Assembly: GCA_965218585.1 (NCBI GenBank)
Contig: CBDCLE010000026.1
Location: 96,001-160,000, forward strand
DNA length: 64,000 nucleotides
Direction of reading: 5' to 3'
Source: Terriglobia bacterium
GTDB taxonomy: Bacteria; Acidobacteriota; Terriglobia; 20CM-2-55-15
A program made the position numbers and the translations under genes. The notes beneath the pieces are model-generated. The model made no database searches. It had not been told where the DNA came from and saw nothing but the letters and a program-made list of their open reading frames with translations. Every line of letters begins with the position of its first letter. Within the stretch, counting starts at the first letter, position 1. Below, piece after piece: positions 62,291 through 64,000 of the stretch.

Positions 62291-63946
62291 ATGTCTAATG
62301 TGCTGTTCCAGACAATCGACCAGATAAGCCGGGAAAAGGGGATCGATCCGCAGATCGTCATCGACGCAATCGAAGGTGCGATCGTGGTCGCTTCGAGGAA
62401 GTACTTCAAGACCGATGAAGAACTTCGATCCCGAATCAATCCGGAGACCGGCGAAATCGAAGTGTTCGCGGTTAGGAAAGTCGTCGACACCGTAGAAGAC
62501 GACATACTGGAAATCTCTCTGGAAGAGGCCCAGGCGCTCAAGGATGATGTGCAGGTCGATGACGAGCTGGAATTCCAGAAACCGACTGAAGGACTCGGCC
62601 GTATCGCCGCACAGATGGCCAAACAGGTCATCTTTCAGAAAGTACGCGAAGCCGAAAGAGAAAGCGTCTACGCCGAGTACCACGAACACGTGGGAGAAAT
62701 CGTCAACTGCATCGTCAAGCGATTCGAGAACGGCGACATCATAGTGGAATTGGGAAAAACCGAGGGTCGGCTGCCCAGGCGGGAACAGTCCCGACTGGAA
62801 AGCTTTACTGCCGGTGACCGTATGCGAGTCGTAATCGTTCGGGTTGAAAAGACAACCCGTGGACCTCAGGTCATCGTTTCCAGAGGAGACTCTGCACTGG
62901 TTCAAAGTCTTTTCCAGACCGAGGTGCCGGAAATCTACGACGGTACAGTACAGATAAGAAGCATTGCTCGAGAAGCCGGAGAACGAACCAAGATCGCTGT
63001 GACTTCCAGAGAACGGGACGTTGATCCTGTCGGCGCCTGCGTCGGCATGAAAGGGAGTCGTGTTCAATCTATCATTCGTGAATTGAGGGGTGAAAAGATT
63101 GACATTATCCAATGGTCCGACGACACCGTAACGTTCGCAACTAATGCCATCAGTCCGGCCCAGGTCAGCCGTGTTTCTATTCTGGACGCTCCGGAAATCG
63201 AAGAGTCCGAAGAGGAGCGGGAACAAGAACGGGTGATGGAGATCGTGGTCGAAGACAGTCAGCTTTCACTCGCGATCGGCAAAAAGGGTCAGAACGTGCG
63301 ACTGGCCTCAAAGCTTATAGGATGGCGAATTGACATCAAGAGCGAAGCTGAGAAACGCGCTGAAGTCGAAGACCAGATCGGGCGCATGCAGGCCGCCACG
63401 CCGTTGACTTCCATTGAGGGTTTGACCCCGAGCATTATCAGCAAACTGACTTCGGCAGATATCACGACGGTCGAACAGCTGGCTGATCTGGCACCCGAAG
63501 ATCTGGAAGCTGTCCCGGGAATCGGGGGGAAAACCATCGATAGAATCCGGGATGAATTGTCCGAATACTACGCCACCATGCCGACCTATCAGGACGACCT
63601 CGAACGTTCGACACAGGAACGCATGTTCGGCAAGCCCGAGAAAGAGGGGGACGCTGGCCACACCGCGAACGCTCAGGTAGAAGACTCTGCCCCGGAGAGC
63701 ACTTCGGAAACCCCTCCGGAGACCGGCGCGGAAGGTAATCCGGAAGTCATTCCAGAAGCTGGTCCACAAGCTAATTCAGAAGGAAATCCGGAAGAAACGG
63801 TCGAGCCGCTCGAAACCGAGTCTGCTTCCGATGAGGAGGGCGCGTCGGCCCAGGCCGACGAGACAGTAGATGTAGAAGAAAGCGGAGCGCCCGAGACAGT
63901 CGGCGATGAAGTCGCAGGCGTGGCTGAGGACACCGCAGACGCATGA
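62291..63946 (+). CDS. nusA: transcription termination/antitermination factor NusA with long acidic tail
   Basis: GRIAAQMAKQ, AREAGERTK, GACVGMKGSRV, LSLAIGKKGQNVRLA. Confidence 0.98.
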   Translation: MSNVLFQTIDQISREKGIDPQIVIDAIEGAIVVASRKYFKTDEELRSRINPETGEIEVFAVRKVVDTVEDDILEISLEEAQALKDDVQVDDELEFQKPTEGLGRIAAQMAKQVIFQKVREAERESVYAEYHEHVGEIVNCIVKRFENGDIIVELGKTEGRLPRREQSRLESFTAGDRMRVVIVRVEKTTRGPQVIVSRGDSALVQSLFQTEVPEIYDGTVQIRSIAREAGERTKIAVTSRERDVDPVGACVGMKGSRVQSIIRELRGEKIDIIQWSDDTVTFATNAISPAQVSRVSILDAPEIEESEEEREQERVMEIVVEDSQLSLAIGKKGQNVRLASKLIGWRIDIKSEAEKRAEVEDQIGRMQAATPLTSIEGLTPSIISKLTSADITTVEQLADLAPEDLEAVPGIGGKTIDRIRDELSEYYATMPTYQDDLERSTQERMFGKPEKEGDAGHTANAQVEDSAPESTSETPPETGAEGNPEVIPEAGPQANSEGNPEETVEPLETESASDEEGASAQADETVDVEESGAPETVGDEVAGVAEDTADA

Positions 63947-64000
63947 TAGAAGGAAGGCCACATGGTATTCTGTAGGGTTGGATTACTAAAGACGAGGAGT

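Overview
A mostly core-genome bacterial window with roughly 55-60% GC (by eye). Gene order and content suggest Acidobacteriota, but this is inference. It holds thpR(partial)-gpsA-ftsY-ribD-ribE-ribBA, a MoxR/DUF58/VWA operon, uvrC, a CHASE2 adenylate cyclase with a FecR-like partner, a SpoIID-DUF4922-GT2-DUF1460 operon, gap-pgk-tpiA-secG-tRNA-Leu(GAG), an LPS core/lipid A cluster and rimP-nusA. Mobile DNA is limited to one IS5-family element, one internally deleted integrase-type IS and several REP-like palindromes. The best hidden signals are: (1) a peroxiredoxin-like selenoprotein split by the ORF caller (in-frame UGA, U-x-x-S motif, SECIS-like hairpin); (2) two ~170-nt intergenic elements 46 kb apart whose stems show compensatory base changes; (3) unusual enzymes inside the LPS cluster (radical SAM plus epimerase, and an ICMT/LmtA-like methyltransferase); (4) a CxxCH-bearing DUF5777-like beta-barrel; (5) a degenerate GTP cyclohydrolase II domain; (6) a very acidic 63-aa protein flanked by hairpin-rich DNA. 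Three single-base frameshifts in short G/C runs (uvrC, cyclase, FecR-like gene) are most likely sequencing errors. All family assignments come from motif recognition, not database searches.
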